A DNA stretch of 62,199 nt, filler included, from Sphaerodactylus townsendi (lineage: Eukaryota), in the NCBI RefSeq assembly GCF_021028975.2. It is 6 parts of 6 records of this genome, joined end to end, with 100 filler letters (N's around TTAATTAATTAA, not from the genome) between each part and the next. Parts side by side here need not be neighbours in the genome. Positions count along the whole stretch, not along the records: positions 1 to 7,806 come from NC_059441.1; positions 7,907 to 29,327 come from NC_059434.1; 4 more parts are not named here. One strand, written 5' to 3'. The position numbers were made by a program, and so were the translations under genes. This document shows positions 1 to 12,700 of the stretch, piece after piece. The notes beneath the pieces are model-generated. The model saw nothing but the letters and a program-made list of their open reading frames with translations. It did no database searches and was not told the DNA's origin. Each line of letters starts with the position of its first letter. Within the stretch, counting starts at the first letter, position 1.

Positions 1-3000
1 GGCACAGGACGGGTGGCAGGGCACGCAGAGGTGGGGGCTCAGGTGGGGATCGAAGCTGTTCTCTAGAGGCGTGGCCATGGTGCCAGGGGTGAAGGCCGGG
101 GGGCACATCTTGAGACAGCTCTTTTGATGGAGGTAGAATCCCTCTTCGCACACTGCAGGAGAAGGAAACAGAGAGGAGGATCGGAACGGGCAGCTCGGCA
201 GCACCAGGGAATCCTGCAGCGGGGAAAACTCTTGATCCCCTCCCACGGCAGGGTCTGAGCGGGCTCCTACCGTGAGTCAGCCGGCCTGGGACCCAGCAGT
301 ACAGGAAGGGGCAAGGATATACTGGGGGAGGGGGCTTTTATTAGGAAGCAGCCCCTCACCAGGAACACAGTGAAGGTCAGAACACCTTCCCCAGCAGATG
401 ACAGACGTGGCAGAGACAAGAAAGCCCGTCAGGCGGCATCAAGGACGGCACACAGAGAATGCAGGCGGAAGAGCAGTGTGAAGGGAAGCCGCCGACCCCA
501 ATTGCCCACAAAGGGGAGGGGGCCCCTCCGATCCTCTCAGTCCGCAGATGCCCCACGGGGTTCTGGGCCTCTGAACTTACCCACACAAGCCTGGCTGGGA
601 GCCAGCGTTTTGCAGCCCCCGTTCTCAAACTGGTTGGGGAGGCCGGGGGAGTCTGCGGCTGTCCCGTACAGCACGAGCGTGAACTTGGTGAGCGTACCTG
701 TGACCGGAACAGGGGGAGTGGATCAGGCACAGGGATCCTCCCATTCCACCTTCACTCAAGGGGTTCTGCCAGCTCAGCACTGCAGGCCTTCCCTCCAGGA
801 GGCAGCCGGGGTGGGGGGCAGCACTGAGCAGCTGGCAGACCCCCCCTCCCACCTTCCCATCCCCGAGCAAAGACAGCAGCCGCCCCCAGCTCCAGGCTCG
901 GTGCTCTGGGGGGAGGAGCCATGGGGCGCATGCCGGGCCCTGCTGGCTGCCTCTTCTCCCCTTAAAGCCAGGAACAGGCCAGACCGGCTGCTGCTGCTGA
1001 GCCTTCTCCCGTCCGCCCACTCTGCCCTGCGGCCTCAGCCACTCGGATTAGAGCAGGAAGGGCTTAGCCAGCTGCTGGGGGAAGGGCAGAGTGTGCACAG
1101 CTGGCTTGGCAGGAGAGGTAGAGGGACGCACTCAGCTGGCATCACTAGGAGCCGGGAGCGCAAAGGGGAGAAGGTGGGGGGGGTGCCTGATACCGTAATT
1201 ATTGGCTTCACTGGTGTTCTCTATCTCCAGCGCCCAGTCCCCCGACGGGTCCTCGTCCCAGGAATGTGTCGTCATGAAGGCCCAGTCGTTGAAGCCGTCC
1301 GCTGAGTAGTCGTGTGGCCTGGCCGGGGGGAAGGAGCGAGTGAGGCGGAGGGGCTGCGCTGGATGCAGAGCCCCTGTGGCACGAGCGGGGTGGTGGTGGT
1401 CGTGGCATGGCCTACCTGGCAGCGAGCAGGGTGGAGCGCGTGCCTGCCGGGCTGACGAGGTGGATGGCCAGATCTCCCCGCCGGTTGTAGGAGAGGGTGA
1501 GGCGCGCCTGCACGTGCTCCAGCTGGCTGATGTAGCTTGCCTTGCCCTGGCAGGCGTCCACCCGCTGGCGCACCTCTAACCGCTTCCCTATGTCTCTGCA
1601 GAGGGAGACAGACGGGCACTGCTCATAACGGCCAGAGCAGCGAAGCGGGCAAGGCTGCCTTGGGGGGGGGGGGGGGCGGGCAGGACCAAGAGCTGCACCC
1701 TGAGTGCCTGAAGCAATTTCTACGCTGCACTTTGAGCCCAACGGGGACGGGCGGGGTGGGAGTGGAAGGATAACATAAAATGCTGCATGTGGGCACAGCC
1801 AAAGGGAACGGAGAGCCCTGACTGCCTGCCCCGGCAACGGTCTGGAGTCATGAGGGACAGCCAAGGCCACGGGGGACAGCACTGGCTCATCAAACGGATG
1901 CACTGGGAACACCTGGTCTCAGAAACAGGTCCCTCAAGTCACAGCCAAAGCTCACGGGGGGGGGGATCGTGTGTCTCTCCAGGACGCCCCCCCCCCGGGC
2001 CACCCTCACAGAATAAGAGCTGCAGCCACCCCAGCAGACAGTGTAAGATATCTCCTCCAGCAACTAACTTCCCTTGCTGCACGCGAGGACAGCAACTGCC
2101 CCTTCCGTCTCAGCCCCAGCCGCCGTGTAGAAAGGCTCCTCCGTGACCAGCCCTGAAGAGCCCCCTGTGCAGTGCCCCCCCCCCCCCCCGGCCAAACCAC
2201 AGGGCTGCATTGCCAGCAGCAAACCCCACAGGTTCCCCCTGCCCGAGTCAAGAAGGCCGCCCTTCGTTCCAGGCTTGGACAACAGAGGAAGTTTCCCACC
2301 CGGGGACCAAGCGCAGCCTCACCCCGCTCCACCCCACGCGCAGCCAGCTGAGGAACTCACTTGGGTTCCTGGAGGATGTCGACCACACACTTCCGCTGGG
2401 GGCCCACTGAGGTCCAGTTCTTGGCCAGAGCCACCATGGCCCCGGCATCCAAGAGGCCATAGCCATAGGAGTGGCTCACTGCAATCACAGAGGCAGGCAG
2501 GAGTCAGGCCTGTGTCCCTCCACTGCGCTCGCACCCAAACCCAAATGGGGATGGGTGGGGGGACAGGACGGCTGCAGCTACCTTTCCGGCCCACCCCGTT
2601 GACAGCCCAGTCGTTGGTGTTGAGGTGAGCGGGCTTGGAGGTTCTCACGACAAGGTGCTGCATGTCCCGCCAGGTGAGGTTGTTGCTACAGAAAAGGAAA
2701 GGGGGTCACCTGGCATGTAGCAGGCACAAAGAAGCCCCCAGAAGACCCCCCTGCCCAGCCACCTACTTGGCTTCCAAGGCCAGCGCGATGATGCCAGCAG
2801 CCAGTGGGGCCGAGGCCGAGGTGCCCGTGTGCGATTCGGTGCACTTCTGCCGCAGGTCTGTCGTCACCTGGGGGCGAGAGGCAGAGGAGAGGTGAGCCCC
2901 CGCTGCTCCCAGAGCCCCCCGCCCCCCAGCCCTCGCCGCGCGGGACTCACAATCTGCTTCTCGTTCTGGCTGCCGCTGCTGTAGGTAGTGGCCAGAGTGG

Positions 3001-6000
3001 AGGAGCAGGCCTCGCTGTACCAGGGGACATTCCCCGACTGGGTGCTGCTGCTGATGGACAGGGTGTAGATGCTGTTGGTGTAGCCGTCGCAGTTGCAGCT
3101 GTCGTGCTCCCGGCCGCCGTTCCCCGAGGCCCACACGAAGATGGAGCCCAGCCCGTTGCGCCCCTGCAAGGGAGAGGCAGCGAGGCTGAAGCAGCAGCCC
3201 CACCGCACCGGCCCCCAGACCTGTCGGCCCAGCCGGCCCGCTGACCTGGCTGACCCCCCTGTAGAAGGCCTCTTCGGCCAAGCGGGCGGGGCCGTCCACC
3301 GTCTTCCCGTCATCCTCGGGGCCCCAGCTGGCGCTGTAGATGTGGATGTGGTTGGGGCTCAGGCCCAAGGATTGGGCTTCCACGGCATCGGTCACCTCCC
3401 CGTCCAGCATGCGCACACCTGGGCAAGAGGCAGCGTTACTGTGACGCCCCTGGCGGCAAGTCTCAGAGGCCAACGTGCACCCCCCTCCCCCTGCTCTGGG
3501 GGCCAAGTAGAGCCAAGTGGACTTTCCAAAAAGAGAAACCTCCCCATTCTGGACCAAAGCAAGAAGGCGTCTCTGCAGGCCGCTCACCTCCAATCTTGGC
3601 ATTGTATGCCACGCCCACACCACAGATGCCGTTGTTTGCCACACCGGCCACTTCACCTGCGCACCGTGTGCCATGTCTGCACCCGGACAGAGAGAAAACA
3701 ACACAAGTGGGTCTGCAGGATCCCATCACCATGGGGAACTTGGCGGAGGAAGGGGGGTGTGTGTGTGTGTGATGCCTGGCCGACGGCATCTTGTCTTTTT
3801 CTGCACCCAGCGCGATACGCATCCAGGGCCGGAAGGACAGGCCCAGCCTCCAGGAGAGGACCAGCCCACTCTGGGTAACCCCCTCCCCCCACTTCCTTCC
3901 CCTCTTCCACCAGAAAGACACTTACCTGTTCTCATTCATCTGCGTGTAGCGGGGCTGGGGATCCGAATCCTGGTCGTTCACATCAAAGCTGGCCGCAGGG
4001 TCCTGCAGGAGAAACACACGGTCAGCGCCTCCCCTCCTCAAGACACACCCCCCCCCCCAAACTAGTCCAGGAGCGCTTCCTGGCTCTGCTTCACACAGCA
4101 CCGTCCCAACTTAGGCGAGTCCTGCTCTCGGGAGGTGGGGTGGGGTGATTCACACAGGATTGGGGTCCTCGTGGGACGATCCGCAGCAAAACTCTCCAAC
4201 TCCGAGGTGCAAATGCTGCTGCAGCCGTCCCTCGTGATGGCCCTCCCCTCCCCCCTCAGGCTCCAGTCATCTGAACCCCCCAGAGTTCCTCCCCAAGTGT
4301 GGACCACCACCCCACAAAGTCCACTACAGGCCCCCTAGTGAATCCACCTCAACTCTGGGCCTACCCTCGAGCTCCATCCAGGGCCGCGGTGGAAACAAGC
4401 GCCACCCCAAAGCCCCATCCGCCAAAGGCTCCCACTGGGGCCAGGAACAGCCATCGCGGCCCCCTCGCATCACCTAGGGAGGCACCGAGTGCTGCTGCAA
4501 CCCCGCTTGACAACAGTCACGCCCAACTGCGTAGCCCGGGAATGAGGCAGTGAGCCCAGCTGGGAAACACCCCCCTCCCCTGAGAAGGTCAGAGTTGGGC
4601 CGTTTCTTCCTTCGGCACTTTTACCTGGACTCCAAGAGGGGATCTGAGGGAGCTCCTCCCCCCCCCCCCACCGCTCCCAGGAGCGCAAAGTCCAGGCAGG
4701 GAGCAGAGACGCACGCAGAAAGGACCAACACTGCCAGACACGCCCCTGTGCCGCCCCCTCCCCTCCCCCCGACTCACATAATTGACTTCTAGATCCGGGT
4801 GGTTCTTCTCAATGCCGTCGTCCAGAATAGAGACCACAATGCCTCGGCCGGTGTAGCCCTGTCGCCAGGCCTCCCGCACGTTCAGGTCTCGCTGGTTCCC
4901 GTTAGACTGAAAGAACAGGTGGCAGCCCGGTCAGCCCAGCCTTCGGGGCACGCCGCCACCCCACAGCCCTCCCCCCGCCTGCTCGCAGTCCCCGTTTTCG
5001 CACACTCTTCTGCACACCTCAGAGGCTGTGGTGGGGAGCACTCTGCTAAGCTGAGCCAGGCCCAGCCGGCTCCAGCTCTCTCTGCAGACGGCCCCCCTCA
5101 GGGCCACCCAGCGCCTGATGCCCTTGCAACGGCTCTGCTTTTGCCAAGTCCCCTGCTGGAAACGCCATGCCTGCCACCTCCTTGTCCTCAGCAGAGATTC
5201 CTCTGTTCCAAGGAGCAGCTGAGGCAGGGGCTGGGCTCTCTCTCCAGCAGGATCAAAGCCCGCAGGGTCATGGATTCAGAGAAAATGCCGCTCTGCTCCA
5301 TTTGAACCCAGAGCCCAAGAAAGGGCATGGATTTGCTTGTGGGCTGACACTAAGCCCCAGGGCAGGAAGGAAGTCGTTAACTCTGCAGGAGGGGGAAGAG
5401 GCCGCAACCAATCCTGTGAGGGCACAATTGCACCCCGCCACGTCACGTGGGTGGAGCCACGCCGCTAACAGCCCAGGCCCCGCCCTTCTTCAAGACTATG
5501 ATTCTGGGTGGTTTCAATCAGAACAGAGTACAGAGAACCATCCTGCAGGCCCTGCCTCCCAGCCACGAGAACCTGCATCCCGCCCTCCCTTACCAGGTAC
5601 CACTGCTGAGGGAACTTGGGGTCTGTTGGCTCCAGGAAAACATCTCGTTTCTTCCGTCTCTTGGCTACCTGCTGCTCCAGCCAGTGCACCTGAAGTGGGG
5701 AGGAAGATGGTGATTATGGGCAGGCACGCAGCATCCCCAGCCTCTTCCAGTCATGCCAGCCTTCAGGTGCACAGAATCTTCACAGCACTGCTCAGGTCCT
5801 CCCAACTAAGCTCCACCGTCCAAAGAGGCAGCCAGAGTCTCGCAGGCCCTCCTTTGGGGACCAGGCCCAGAAGTGCCTCAGCAGACTCCAGGACAAGCGG
5901 GTGGGGGCAAGAGGACCCTCCCCCTCCTGGCCTCCACAGCAGCCGTAGCTAAATGCCACCAGCATCGGTGATTGGCAGAGTAACTAGATGGCGTGTGCCT

Positions 6001-6772
6001 TCATTGTTTTCCCATTTCAGAAAGCCAATTCACATGGGCACGTACATGCTTCCTTTGGGGCCTGAACACCGGCCAACTTCCCTTGGCTGCACCACACATC
6101 AAAGACTGCTGACACCATCAAAGACTTTTGATGTATTCCCCCCCCCAATCCCCCAACATGGAGATGCTGAAGACAATTTAATTTCAGGGTTCCTATCGGC
6201 ACCCACACAGTTCTGCTCAGCAGACTGAGGATTGGTTGGGTCTCCTGATGACCAGGCACTATTTCTTCTGGACCACGGGGGCACCCCTGCCGCTTCCGCC
6301 TTTCCAGAAGCTCTGGGTTGGAGACTCTCTGGTGCAGAAGGAAGGGGCAGGAGGCAGACCTGTTGTCTGCTTCGCAGCTGGAGAGATGCTGGCCGGCCAG
6401 CAGGCTGCTCATCTGCAGGGCTTTCCTCCCCAGCCCCAAACAAAGGCAAGCGGAACCCCTCAGAAACATCTATGTCTACAGCCCACTGTGGGCTGAGAGC
6501 CAGGACCACCGAGGAGGCAGGCAAGAAGCCTCGGTCCAGAGCACGAGAACCTGTCCGGAGTGTCAAGGCCACGGAGCCAGCTGCCGCAGAGACCAGAAGC
6601 AGCTTCCGCAGCAGCAGCCGTGGCCACGCAAGCAAGAACAGGCCGAGTTCCATCCAATTGCCTCCAGACTCACCTGGGGCTCCCTGCTCAAGGCGCCGTG
6701 CCAGCCTGGGTGGGAAGAGAGCGACCGCTTCGCCACGCCTCGGTGGCAGAGGAGAAAATAGTCGTCAAAGAT
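1..6772 (-). CDS. FURIN: Furin (proprotein convertase), partial: 14 coding exons; the ATG exon and the end of the last exon lie outside the scaffold/window
   Basis: Minus-strand exons with canonical splice sites: 6674-6772, 5594-5689, 4778-4906, 3926-4002, 3588-3676, 3246-3418, 2951-3163, 2767-2867, 2582-2685, 2361-2478, 1416-1595, 1194-1318, 581-697, <1-152. They splice in frame. Motifs: prodomain sites RGVAKR|S and RRKKR|DV, catalytic LDDG, HGTRC and GTSAS, oxyanion GNGG, P-domain RRGDL, and the start of the Cys-rich region. Exon sizes (99,96,129,77,89,173,213,101,104,118,180,125) match mammalian FURIN as recalled. Confidence 0.96.
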
Positions 6773-7727
6773 CTGGAAGCAGTGAAGAGCAGTCAGAGCA
6801 GGAAGCGCAGCAGGCGGGCAGCTCTGAAGACCAGCGGGGGGAGGCACAGGGCGAGGGGTGGGGGCTGCTCCTCCCCCCCCCCGCCCCAGAGTCTTCCCTC
6901 TCCCCTTCCACCTTTCCCAGCAGGCCACAGGGACTGCCAGACACTCCAAGCCAGCTCAAACACAACGTTGCTGCTGCTCTTTCAGCAAACCTCCCGTGAC
7001 GGACCCAGAGCAGCAACTGCAGCAGCAGCCGCTCTGCAAGGGCCCCACAGCGTATGGGGGCTGGGCTGAGGGGAGACAGCCCTGCTCAGCTCTCAGGTGC
7101 ACCCCATGACCTTGCCCATCAGATGGACATGGAGCTTCTGGGCGGGCACCTGCTCCAGTGAGGAGGGATGGCAGAGCCAAGCCCCAGCGCTGCCTCTGAG
7201 CCAGGCTACAGGGGGAGGAGTGAGCAGGAAGGGGGGGCAAGTGGGGGCAGCAGCCAGCCGGAAGGAGAGCTGGGTCTGGGACCCCCCCCCCAACCCCACA
7301 TGCCCCAGTTGGGCTAGAAAGGCGGACAGCAAACAGCTCAACTCAAGAGGCCCGCAATGGAAGCATGAACCACTATGCAGAACTCTGGGGAAAGGGACGC
7401 CCCCCTCTTTCCCTGCCCACCCACCCCCATCCCAGATATTAGTAAAATACACTCCCTCACCCTTCACCCGCCAAGGAGGAAGGGGGCACGTGAGGTACAG
7501 CAACCCCTGTGGGTCTGTCTCTCTGGGGAAAGAAATCGCCCCCTCCAGCTCTTTTGGGTCACCACAGCAGCCCCTCCCACCAGGCGTGTCCTCAAGGGCT
7601 GCCCTGTGACTCCGCTGCAGACAAAAGCAAAGGGCCTCCAGTCGCCCGGCTCAGCACTGCCTGCCCTCTGCCAGTCTGGGCCGGGCAGGGAGGCAGAATT
7701 GGAGGAGGGCGGGCAGGTTCTAGGCCC

Positions 7728-7806
7728 GTGGTGGCGAACCTTTGGCACTCCAGATGTTATGGACTACAATTCCCATCAGCCCCTGCCAGCATGGCCAATT
7801 GGCCAT
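7728..7806. mobile_element. Left half of a hairpin hAT-type MITE, cut at its palindrome centre by the scaffold end
   Basis: GTGGTGGCGAACCTTTGGCACTCCAGATGTTATGGACTACAATTCCCATCAGCCC...GGCCAATTGGCCA is nearly identical to the left arm of the full copy at 33814-33959. Confidence 0.8.
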
Positions 7807-7906
7807 NNNNNNNNNNNNNNNNNNNNNNNNNNNNNNNNNNNNNNNNNNNNTTAATTAATTAANNNNNNNNNNNNNNNNNNNNNNNNNNNNNNNNNNNNNN
7901 NNNNNN
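7807..7906. other. Artificial scaffold-joining linker
   Basis: 44 N + TTAATTAATTAA (stop in all six frames) + 44 N; the same unit occurs five times. Confidence 0.97.
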
Positions 7907-8008
7907 GCACCCCCCCCCGCCCCCACCACCCCCCCGACCCCCACCCCCCCCTCCCCCCCTCTCCCCCACCCCCCCCCCCCACCCCCCCCCCCACCCCCCC
8001 CCCCCCCC

Positions 8009-8042
<34 letters not shown>

Positions 8043-8112
8043 CCCCCCCCCCCCCCAGGCCCCCCTCGACCCCCCACCCCCCCCCCCCCCCACCCCCCCC
8101 CCCCCCCACCCC
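7907..8112. repeat. Poly-C low-complexity tract at a contig end (probable sequencing artefact)
   Basis: About 200 nt of C with sporadic A/T directly beside the linker; a similar tract is at 36588-36640. Confidence 0.7.
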
Positions 8113-8629
8113 AGGTCCCCGCCGACGCAGCCCTTTATAGGCTGCTCAAGGCCCCTGTCACGTGCCGGCACCCGGCCACGTGACAGCCTCAGTCGGCCGG
8201 CGGGGAAGGAGGCTTCCACTCGTTCCTCCCCCCTTGCAATGGCGCCTCCAGGCTGAAGCCTGGGGCGCGATTTGTTTGCGAATTCCAGAAATCTAGTTTT
8301 ATTGCATTGTTCATGCACTATGCTTATTGCATTGGTATGTACTGTGCTGTTTTGTTACCTTGTTGGTTATAATTCTGTAATTCACCTTTAGTGTCAATGA
8401 TGAAGGCAGATGACAAATGAAGTAAACAATTCAATACAAGTACTGAAACAAGGTCTGGAAAAGTTTTGCTTAGATAAGTCAGTTTAAATAAATGGAATGT
8501 CTATATGCCCAGCAACTCCATGTTGCTGTTTACACCTGAATACCAAATGTTGGGGGCAATTTTCAGGAAATGCTTTGCCTTCAAGTGAACTTCCTGGGGG
8601 CGTCTGGCAGGCCACAATTTGAAACAAAA

Positions 8630-8688
8630 TATAGGACTAGTCCATAGTAATTCCAGCTATAGGACAGGTCCATAGTAATTCCAGCTAT
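8630..8688. repeat. 28-bp tandem duplication
   Basis: TATAGGACTAGTCCATAGTAATTCCAGC followed by TATAGGACAGGTCCATAGTAATTCCAGC. Confidence 0.85.
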
Positions 8689-9774
8689 TCAAAGCGAAAC
8701 TCCAGCCTAAAACTAGAGTAAAAATTAGAGTTCATCAAAATGTTGACACCAACACCCAAGGAGCTTCAGGAGCTGTAATTCCTTGGCCCTTAGGGTATTA
8801 AATGGCTTAGCAAAACTAGAGAAATTGTTATGTTGTTAATGGTCTCTATATTTTTCTTGATCACATTTGAATTTAACATAATAAAATCTTGCCCTGCATG
8901 GCCTCCATTTCGTGGCCCTTTGACCCTGCTGTTTACTAATATAGATATGTCTGCCTAATGAGGCCTTGCTACATGCATCTTACCAAGTAAACTCTAGATG
9001 ACAAACATATGCTAGAATAAAAGCCTGTTAGTCTTCAAGGTGTCACAAGACTCTTAAGTATATTCAGAGATTTGGATTTAAATGGAGTAGAACATTTTAA
9101 TATTGAAGAATAAATTATGCAAACTAAAAGGTTTTAGTAGTGTTTGTCTTGTGCGTATCACAAATAATATTTGCAAGCTGTTTTGCAGCCCAATCCAGAG
9201 TGGGAGAGGTGTAAATCCCCCATGGGGTGTGGCACAGGATCGCACCGACAGGGATGTCCACCCTGCCAGTGTAAGAGGCAGCCCCACCAGTGGTAGCACC
9301 CACGTCTGTGGGGAGAGTGGTGCGAAGCTCCATGACACCCATCTGGGGAAGAATTGTGCATCAACGGGGAGGGGGTGTTCTGCGGGCAGGCCCAGGGGTA
9401 GAGCCAACTGCAGGTGGCTTTCACTGGGTTACAGCCCTTGGATGGTGCCATGGCTGATTCCAAACTTGCGCGACAAACCTTTTCCCTAGCACACTGTTCT
9501 TCTTCTGTGGGGTTTCTTTCTTCTATAGGGTTTTCCAGGGGCAGGAGGTTCTCTTAAATGGCCACCGTGCTCCCCAATCCCCCATCTGGATTAGGTTGCC
9601 AGTTGCACACTTTTAGTTTCATATTATGCACAATATCTTGGCTTTTATACACAATGTATTTAAGCACATATGAATACGGAGTAAATTTTTTAACCACTTC
9701 AATGCAAAGTCAAGACCAAGTATCGTGAAACTGATAAAAGCACAACATTTTGCTACTATTTATTTTGGTATTAG

Positions 9775-12700
9775 CTATTGTTGGAAGACTGGCCGAATCT
9801 TCATGCTCACTTTCTTCAGTGAATGCCAGGACCCTTTAAAATTCATCCATACAACTCCATCATCTGTACCATGCTTTGTCATATCTGGTGTATACACTCC
9901 ACTCCAGTAGTATCTGCCATTTGGATTGGCTGAATGGCAGCGATTATACCACCAACCACCAGCATCTTCCTTAGCACACTGTTTTTTGGCATCTGTAGTC
10001 CTGTGAAGAAAAATGGACAAAATCAGTGATGTTGATCAACACATGCACGCTCAGAAGATATCAGGTACATTCCCTGTAAATATCTTCTTATCTTATGTAC
10101 TTGTGAGTTCAGAGGCAGTTATACTGCTCTTAAACAAGATCGACCTTATTAAATCAACATCTCTATCCCAAAACATCACCTTACAGTTCCTCGGATAAAA
10201 TGTACTGAATGCAGTAGACCCTCACCATTCACAGATTCATGATGCTTGAATTTATTTACTCATGGTCCAATCATGAGATGTGGTTTCCAGCAGGTTTTTT
10301 CCTCCTACCATGTCATTATTGTAAATTTACATTTTTCAGGAAAAATGGCTGTTCCTCTACTGGGACACAGTAGATTCTGGGAGGCAGCACTACTCACAAA
10401 TTTCATTATTCACAGCAATCCCAGCAATGGATCTCCACACATGGTGAGAGTCTACTGTATTCTTTTCAACATTCTCTAAGGCTCATTCCGCACACGCAGA
10501 ATAATGCACTTTCAAGCTGCTTTCAGGGCTCTTTGAAGCTGTGCGGAATGGCAAAAACAGTTGTGAAAGCAGCTTGAAAGTGCATTATTTTGCGTGTGCA
10601 GAATGAGCCTGTGCTACAGCTCTGGCAGGGAGCCCATTAGCCAACCAAGACAGAATGGGCTGCTTTCAATACTCTCTTCTCCTCAGCCTTCCCCAGATGG
10701 AAGAAGACAGCCTCCAACAGGTTTAGTGGACTTGATTTACTGAATCCAGTCTAGTGACTTCAATGGCAGCTACATAATACTAAGTGTATACAGAATTGCA
10801 GAATTTGCAGTTGTAAAGCAATCTATCCTGTTTTCACATTTTAAATTGATAGTTTATCCATTTTAAATATCTATCACACCAACTACAGCATTATTTTTAA
10901 GCAGCTTATCACATATAATTTTTTATCTCCATTTAACAATCCAGCTTCCCTTCTCCCTTCATTTCTGACATCAATCTGAAATCCTAATCTTCAGTACAGG
11001 TTCCTCCCAATTAAAAACAACAGCTTTTTCTTATGGTCTTTCATGTACCAAGCTAACATTTGTATCTTTGGGAACACAGTAAATAGATAATCACACATAG
11101 ATCATCACAGATGTTCCTAATATGCAAAAAAAAATTAAGTGAAAATACACATACCATCTATCATTGTCTCTGTCAAATGTGCTGAAGAACATGCCATTAT
11201 GGACTGTCATTGTTCTGTTCACGCCTTGCAGCTGTGAAGCTCCTTCCATAAGAGCATTTCCAGCTGTGCCCTTATAGTTACTAACAGAGAGCTGGTATTT
11301 GTTCGCTTCTCCCTGCACACTGAACCGTCCATAATTTGCCTTAACTTTATCACCATTCCAATCTTCCAGCTCAATCAAAACTTCAGTTGGGCCTATTTTG
11401 GTCAGCTGGCTGATTCTGTCATTTCCAAGCCAATATTCACCTGTGACACAACAAAAACAAATTGACTGAAGGGACTGTTCAGCTTTGCAGACTCTATATT
11501 AGAATGGAAGGACAGCCTGAGGTAGAGAGGGGAGAGAATTGAAGCAAAATGTTCCCCTTTGACTGAAATAAGGGGCATCATCCCAAATGCAAGGTATATT
11601 AAATGTCAGGAGAAAGCCTATATGCACAATGAATTTAACTATGGGATGGATCCAGCAAGCTTTTTCACTCAGGGCACTTCCGCACATGCAGAATTATGTA
11701 CTTTCAATCCACTTTCAATGCACTTTGCAGCTAGATTTTACTGTGCAAAATAGCAAAATCCACTTGCAAACAATTGTGAAAGTGGATTGAAAGTGGATTA
11801 TTCTGCATGTGCAAAAGTGCCCTCTGTCTCAACAAAATTCCTAACTTGCTGTAGCCCAAGTCCCACATGGCTTTCACCCATGCAAGTGCAAGTGCCAGCA
11901 TAGCTTTTGTTGTTATTGTGATTAAAGGGAATCCTCTTCTCCCATTTTCATCAGTGGAAAATCTGGTTGGACCTGTCCCCATACATAAATATTCCAGCTC
12001 AGGCAGGATAAACTCACTTGCTCAAATCTCACAGAGAACACATAGTTTGTAAAGCAGAAACATGCTGAGAGATATTTTTAGAAGCTGCCTAACATGACCG
12101 GGTTGTGGTTTTGTGGAAATGAAAAATCATGTGATTTTCCTATGCAAAAGATTCTTCAGTGAATGCTTGAAGGGGAATTCTAGGCTTTACTTGGCAGTTC
12201 TTAAAAATGACATTCATTCCTTTGCTCTGCAAACTCAAGAGAGCACCCTGAGTCACATGAGGAACAGGCTCTTTCATGTGCTGGGCTCAAGACCTAAATG
12301 AAAAGACCAATTCCCCTATCTGTGGGCCCACAAAAAAAGAACAGCACAAGAATGCACAACTTAGCTGAAGCATAAGATGATATATTACCAAAAAGCACTC
12401 TGGACTTAATGAACTTTTGGGTGGCATAAGTCCAAGGTCCAGGGCTGTAACACAACTGCCACAAATCCAGGATGAAAGCTGACTAAGGTCAGCTCTGCTC
12501 CTGGATATGCCTCCTCCAAGCCCCTGCTGTGCTGGTGGGGCTGGCAGCGATGTGGGAACACTGACGGCCACTTGCCATCCCCGAAGGTAAGTGTCCCAGG
12601 GAGGGCAAATCCGGCATTGGCGAACACTGTCTCCACAAGTCCCTTCAGCCTCCCCACCTCCTCCCCGTCCCATTCTGGATTGAGTTGTAAGACAAGTCCT

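Noticed and set aside
581-697. Possible frameshift in the furin exon at the C-run near 616-620
   Set aside because: Recounting gives GAG AAC GGG GGC TGC AAA (ENGGCK); the frame is intact.
370-7609. Many long ORFs in the GC-rich furin region (e.g. 370-1305, 5167-5952, 6232-6999)
   Set aside because: Low-complexity Pro/Gly/Ser/Arg translations, antisense to or overlapping furin exons and introns; expected by chance at high GC.
7851-7862. Recurrent TTAATTAATTAA as a biological repeat or CRISPR-like unit
   Set aside because: It is always centred between exactly 44 N on each side; this is a six-frame-stop assembly spacer.
7855-8318. Glycine-rich ORFs resembling keratin or loricrin
   Set aside because: They are translations of a poly-C tract at a contig end running into Ns.
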